From positions 10,354,001 through 10,418,000 of the forward strand of contig OZ059897.1 in the NCBI GenBank assembly GCA_964057225.1: a stretch of 64,000 bases of DNA. The letters run 5' to 3'. Positions 57,201 to 64,000 of this stretch are shown one piece after another (positions within the stretch are counted from its first letter, which is position 1; each line of letters opens with the position of its first letter). A program made the translations under genes and the position numbers. The stretch is from Auanema rhodensis. Taxonomy: Eukaryota > Animalia > Nematoda. The notes under the pieces are model-generated. The model had not been told where the DNA came from. It saw only the letters and a list, made by a program, of their open reading frames with translations, and searched no databases.

Positions 57201-60200
57201 TTTAAATACTTATTTAAGTTCCAACAATTTTTGATTAAATCACATTCAATTAACTGTATTGTTTTCAAACATAAAGACAAAATTCAACTTCTGTTCATTG
57301 AATTAGAATTTTCATGTTGTCACACAGAAATTGAAGAATCTTAGTTCTTTCAGTAACAATGAACACACTAACTTTGTTAAGTTGTTGTAATATCGGCCCA
57401 AGTAGTATAGTGGTTAGTACTCCACGTTGTGGCCGTGGCGACACAGGTTCGATTCCTGTCTTGGGCATTTTTTGTTTTGAAATTTAAATGCTATGAAATT
57501 ATTGCTTGCTTGTCATGTTAGATTTGTTTAACTTAAATACTTATTTAAGTTCTAACAATTTTTGATTTAATCACGTTCAATTAACTGTATTGTTTTCAAA
57601 AATAAAGACATCTTTCAATTTCTGGTCATTGAATTAGAATTTTCATGTTGTCACACAGAAATTGAAGAATCTTAGTTCATTTTAGTAACAATGAACACAC
57701 TAACTTTGTTAAGTTGTTGTAATATCGGCCCAAGTAGTATAGTGGTTAGTACTCCACGTTGTGGCCGTGGCGACACAGGTTCGATTCTTGTCTTGGGCAT
57801 TTTTTGTTTTGAAATTAAAATGCTATAAACATATTGCTTGCTTGTCATGTTAGATTTGTTTAATTTAAATACTTATCTAAGTTCTAACAATTTTTGATTT
57901 AATCACGTTCAATTAACTGTATTGTTTTCAAAAATAAAGACATCTTTCAATTTCTGGTCATTGAATTAGAATTTTCATGTTGTCACACAGGAAATGAAGA
58001 ATCTTAGTTCATTTCAGTAACAATGAACACAATAATTTTGTTTAGTTTGTAATACCGGCCCAAGTAGTATAGTGGTTAGTACTCCACGTTGTGGCCGTGG
58101 CGACACAGGTTCGATTCCTGTCTTGGGCATTTTTTGTTTTGAAATTTAAATGCTATAAAATTATTGCTTGCTTGTCATGTTAGATTTCTTTAATTTAAAT
58201 ACTTATTTAAGTTCCAACAATTTTCGATTAAATCACATTCAATTAACTGTATTGTTTTCAAAAATAAAGACAAAATTCAACTTCTGTTCATTGAATTAGA
58301 ATTTTCATGTTGTCACACAGAAATTGAAGAATCTTAGTTCATTTTAGTAACAATGAACACACTAACTTTGTTAAGTTGTTGTAATATCGGCCCAAGTAGT
58401 ATAGTGGTTAGTACTCCACGTTGTGGCCGTGGCGACACAGGTTCGATTCCTGTCTTGGGCATTTTTTGTTTTGAAATTTAAATGCTATGAAATTATTGCT
58501 TGCTTGTCATGTTAGATTTGTTTAACTTAAATACTTATTTAAGTTCTAACAATTTTCGATTAAATCACGTTCAATTAACTGTATTGTTTTCAAAAATAAA
58601 GACAAAATTCAATTTCTGTTCATTGAATTAGAATTTTTATGTTGTCACACAGGAAATGAAGAATCTTAGTTCATTTCAGTAACAATGAACACAATAACTT
58701 TGTTCAGTTGTTGTAATACCGGCCCAAGTAGTATAGTGGTTAGTACTCCACGTTGTGGCCGTGGCGACACAGGTTCGATTCCTGTCTTGGGCATTTTTTG
58801 TTTTGAAATTTAAATGCTATAAAATTATTGCTTGCTTGTCATGTTAGATTTGTTTAATTCAAATACTTATTTAAGTTCTAACAATTTTTGATTCAATCAC
58901 GTTCAATTAACTGTATTGTTTTCAAAAATAAAGACATCTTTCAATTTCTGGTCATTGAATTAGAATTTTCATGTTGTCACACAGGAAATGAAGAATCTTA
59001 GTTCATTTCAGTAACAATGAACACAATAACTTTGTTTAGTTTGTAATACCGGCCCAAGTAGTATAGTGGTTAGTACTCCACGTTGTGGCCGTGGCGACAC
59101 AGGTTCGATTCCTGTCTTGGGCATTTTTTGTTTTGAAATTTAAATGCTATAAAATTATTGCTTGCTTGTCATGTTAGATTTGTTTAATTTAAATACTTAT
59201 TTAAGTTCCAACAATTTTCGATTAAATCACGTTCAATTAACTGTATTGTTTTCAAAAATAAAGACAAAATTCAATTTCTGTTCATTGAATTAGAATTTTT
59301 ATGTTGTCACACAGGAAATGAAGAATCTTAGTTCATTTCAGTAACAATGAACACAATAACTTTGTTTAGTTTGTAATACCGGCCCAAGTAGTATAGTGGT
59401 TAGTACTCCACGTTGTGGCCGTGGCGACACAGGTTCGATTCCTGTCTTGGGCATTTTTTATTTTGAAATTAAAATGCTATAAAATTATTGCTTGCTTGTC
59501 ATGTTAGATTTGTTTAATTCAAATACTTATTTAAGTTCTAACAATTTTTGATTAAATCACGTTCATTAAACTGTATTGTTTTCAAAAATAAAGACATCTT
59601 TCAATTTCTGGTCATTGAATTAGAATTTTCATGTTGTCACACAGAAATTGAAGAATCTTAGTTCATTTTAGTAACAATGAACACACTAACTTTGTTAAGT
59701 TGTTGTAATATCGGCCCAAGTAGTATAGTGGTTAGTACTCCACGTTGTGGCTGTGGCGACACAGGTTCGATTCTTGTCTTGGGCATTTTTTGTTTTGAAA
59801 TTAAAATGCTATAAACATATTGCTTGCTTGTCATGTTAGATTTGTTTAATTTAAATACTTATCTAAGTTCTAACAATTTTTGATTTAATCACGTTCAATT
59901 AACTGTATTGTTTTCAAAAATAAAGACATCTTTCAATTTCTGGTCATTGAATTAGAATTTTCATGTTGTCACACAGGAAATGAAGAATCTTAGTTTATTT
60001 CAGTAACAATGAACACAATAATTTTGTTTAGTTTGTAATACCGGCCCAAGTAGTATAGTGGTTAGTACTCCACGTTGTGGCCGTGGCGACACAGGTTCGA
60101 TTCCTGTCTTGGGCATTTTTTGTTTTGAAATTTAAATGCTATAAAATTATTGCTTGCTTGTCATGTTAGATTTGTTTAATTTAAATACTTATTTAAGTTC

Positions 60201-63200
60201 CAACAATTTTTGATTAAATCACATTCAATTAACTGTATTGTTTTCAAACATAAAGACAAAATTCAATTTCTGTTCATTGAATTAGAATTTTCATGTTGTC
60301 ACACAGAAATTGAAGAATCTTAGTTCATTTCAGTAACAATGAACACACTAACTTTGTTAAGTTGTTGTAATATCGGCCCAAGTAGTATAGTGGTTAGTAC
60401 TCCACGTTGTGGCCGTGGCGACACAGGTTCGATTCCTGTCTTGGGCATTTTTTGTTTTGAAATTAAAATGCTATAAACATATTGCTTGCTTGTCATGTTA
60501 GATTTGTTTAATTCAAATACTTATTTAAGTTCTAATAATTTTTGATTTAATCACGTTCAATTAACAGTATTGTTTTCAAAAATAAAGACATCTTTCAATT
60601 TTTGGTCATTGAATTAGAATTTTCATGTTGTCACACAGAAATTGAAGAATCTTAGTTCATTTCAGTAACAATGAACACACTAACTTTGTTAAGTTGTTGT
60701 AATATCGGCCCAAGTAGTATAGTGGTCAGTACTCCACGTTGTGGCCGTGGCGACACAGGTTCGATTCCTGTCTTGGGTGTTTTTTGTTTTGAAATTAAAA
60801 TGCTATAAACATATTGCTTGCTTGTCATGTTAGATTTGTTTAATTTAAATACTTATCTAAGTTCTAACAATTTTTGATTTAATCACGTTCAATTAACTGT
60901 ATTGTTTTCAAAAATAAAGACATCTTTCAATTTCTGGTCATTGAATTAGAATTTTCATGTTGTCACACAGGAAATGAAGAATCTTAGTTCATTTCAGTAA
61001 CAATGAACACAATAATTTTGTTTAGTTTGTAATACCGGCCCAAGTAGTATAGTGGTTAGTACTCCACGTTGTGGCCGTGGCGACACAGGTTCGATTCCTG
61101 TCTTGGGCATTTTTTGTTTTGAAATTTAAATGCTATAAAATTATTGCTTGCTTGTCATGTTAGATTTCTTTAATTTAAATACTTATTTAAGTTCCAACAA
61201 TTTTCGATTAAATCACATTCAATTAACTGTATTGTTTTCAAAAATAAAGACAAAATTCAACTTCTGTTCATTGAATTAGAATTTTCATGTTGTCACACAG
61301 AAATTGAAGAATCTTAGTTCATTTTAGTAACAATGAACACACTAACTTTGTTAAGTTGTTGTAATATCGGCCCAAGTAGTATAGTGGTTAGTACTCCACG
61401 TTGTGGCCGTGGCGACACAGGTTCGATTCCTGTCTTGGGCATTTTTTGTTTTGAAATTTAAATGCTATGAAATTATTGCTTGCTTGTCATGTTAGATTTG
61501 TTTAACTTAAATACTTATTTAAGTTCTAACAATTTTCGATTAAATCACGTTCAATTAACTGTATTGTTTTCAAAAATAAAGACAAAATTCAATTTCTGTT
61601 CATTGAATTAGAATTTTTATGTTGTCACACAGGAAATGAAGAATCTTAGTTCATTTCAGTAACAATGAACACAATAACTTTGTTCAGTTGTTGTAATACC
61701 GGCCCAAGTAGTATAGTGGTTAGTACTCCACGTTGTGGCCGTGGCGACACAGGTTCGATTCCTGTCTTGGGCATTTTTTGTTTTGAAATTTAAATGCTAT
61801 AAAATTATTGCTTGCTTGTCATGTTAGATTTGTTTAATTCAAATACTTATTTAAGTTCTAACAATTTTTGATTAAATCACGTTCATTAAACTGTATTGTT
61901 TTCAAAAATAAAGACATCTTTCAATTTCTGGTCATTGAATTAGAATTTTCATGTTGTCACACAGCAATTGAAGAATCTTAGTTCATTTTAGTAACAATGA
62001 ACACACTAACTTTGTTAAGTTGTTGTAATATCGGCCCAAGTAGTATAGTGGTTAGTACTCCACGTTGTGGCCGTGGCGACACAGGTTCGATTCTTGTCTT
62101 GGGCATTTTTTGTTTTGAAATTAAAATGCTATAAACATATTGCTTGCTTGTCATGTTAGATTTGTTTAATTTAAATACTTATCTAAGTTCTAACAATTTT
62201 TGATTTAATCACGTTCAATTAACTGTATTGTTTTCAAAAATAAAGACATCTTTCAATTTCTGGTCATTGAATTAGAATTTTCATGTTGTCACACAGGAAA
62301 TGAAGAATCTTAGTTTATTTCAGTAACAATGAACACAATAATTTTGTTTAGTTTGTAATACCGGCCCAAGTAGTATAGTGGTTAGTACTCCACGTTGTGG
62401 CCGTGGCAACACAGGTTCGATTCCTGTCTTGGGCATTTTTTGTTTTGAAATTTAAATGCTATAAAATTATTGCTTGCTTGTCATGTTAGATTTGTTTAAT
62501 TTAAATACTTATTTAAGTTCCAACAATTTTTGATTAAATCACATTCAATTAACTGTATTGTTTTCAAACATAAAGACAAAATTCAACTTCTGTTCATTGA
62601 ATTAGAATTTTCATGTTGTCACACAGAAATTGAAGAATCTTAGTTCTTTCAGTAACAATGAACACACTAACTTTGTTAAGTTGTTGTAATATCGGCCCAA
62701 GTAGTATAGTGGTTAGTACTCCACGTTGTGGCCGTGGCGACACAGGTTCGATTCCTGTCTTGGGCATTTTTTGTTTTGAAATTTAAATGCTATGAAATTA
62801 TTGCTTGCTTGTCATGTTAGATTTGTTTAACTTAAATACTTATTTAAGTTCTAACAATTTTTGATTTAATCACGTTCAATTAACTGTATTGTTTTCAAAA
62901 ATAAAGACATCTTTCAATTTCTGGTCATTGAATTAGAATTTTCATGTTGTCACACAGAAATTGAAGAATCTTAGTTCATTTTAGTAACAATGAACACACT
63001 AACTTTGTTAAGTTGTTGTAATATCGGCCCAAGTAGTATAGTGGTTAGTACTCCACGTTGTGGCCGTGGCGACACAGGTTCGATTCTTGTCTTGGGCATT
63101 TTTTGTTTTGAAATTAAAATGCTATAAACATATTGCTTGCTTGTCATGTTAGATTTGTTCAATTTAAATACTTATCTAAGTTCTAACAATTTTTGATTTA

Positions 63201-64000
63201 ATCACGTTCAATTAACTGTATTGTTTTCAAAAATAAAGACATCTTTCAATTTCTGGTCATTGAATTAGAATTTTCATGTTGTCACACAGGAAATGAAGAA
63301 TCTTAGTTCATTTCAGTAACAATGAACACAATAATTTTGTTTAGTTTGTAATACCGGCCCAAGTAGTATAGTGGTTAGTACTCCACGTTGTGGCCGTGGC
63401 GACACAGGTTCGATTCCTGTCTTGGGCATTTTTTGTTTTGAAATTTAAATGCTATAAAATTATTGCTTGCTTGTCATGTTAGATTTCTTTAATTTAAATA
63501 CTTATTTAAGTTCCAACAATTTTCGATTAAATCACATTCAATTAACTGTATTGTTTTCAAAAATAAAGACAAAATTCAACTTCTGTTCATTGAATTAGAA
63601 TTTTCATGTTGTCACACAGAAATTGAAGAATCTTAGTTCATTTTAGTAACAATGAACACACTAACTTTGTTAAGTTGTTGTAATATCGGCCCAAGTAGTA
63701 TAGTGGTTAGTACTCCACGTTGTGGCCGTGGCGACACAGGTTCGATTCCTGTCTTGGGCATTTTTTGTTTTGAAATTTAAATGCTATGAAATTATTGCTT
63801 GCTTGTCATGTTAGATTTGTTTAACTTAAATACTTATTTAAGTTCTAACAATTTTCGATTAAATCACGTTCAATTAACTGTATTGTTTTCAAAAATAAAG
63901 ACAAAATTCAATTTCTGTTCATTGAATTAGAATTTTTATGTTGTCACACAGGAAATGAAGAATCTTAGTTCATTTCAGTAACAATGAACACAATAACTTT
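51261..64000 (+). repeat. tRNA-His(GTG) tandem array block 4 (~38 genes, continues beyond the window)
   Basis: First tRNA 51438-51509, last complete 63689-63760. Confidence 0.97.
60708..60779 (+). pseudogene. Variant tRNA-His copy with C72T, A73G and a D-loop change; possibly non-functional
   Basis: Ends ...CTTGGGTG instead of CTTGGGCA, and reads GGTCAG instead of GGTTAG. Confidence 0.5.

Noticed and set aside
3493-64000. CRISPR-like repeat/spacer appearance of the array
   Set aside because: The spacers are near-identical rather than unique, the conserved part is a tRNA gene, there are no cas genes, and the context is eukaryotic.

Overview
AT-rich eukaryotic DNA, most likely from a nematode. 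This is inferred from a tRNA-His resembling the nematode type as I recall it, a 45-nt intron ending TTTTTAG, and gB-like env genes. The backbone is a tandem array of ~331-bp units, each carrying one tRNA-His(GTG) gene. There are about 101 copies in four blocks (22+9+32+38, estimated from unit spacing). Four related Ty3/Gypsy-type LTR elements interrupt the array. Element A (<1-3492, minus) is visible only at its 5' end. B (10772-22845, +) and D (39796-51260, +) are intact. C (25915-29226, minus) is an internally deleted relative of D. The main observation is the architecture of these elements: one ~2,900-aa ORF in the order Gag - internal signal peptide - herpesvirus-gB-like class III fusogen - TM - PR - RT - RNase H - IN, so env lies between gag and pol with no frameshift. 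Other unusual points: CG...CG LTR termini with 4-bp TSDs, a tRNA-Gln primer site, insertions only 32-113 bp downstream of tRNA genes, an AUG-free N-terminal extension in B and D, a GT-AG-bounded 8.1-kb deletion in C, and a spliced antisense accessory gene in B. No database searches were run, so family assignments rest on motif recognition and novelty is unverified.
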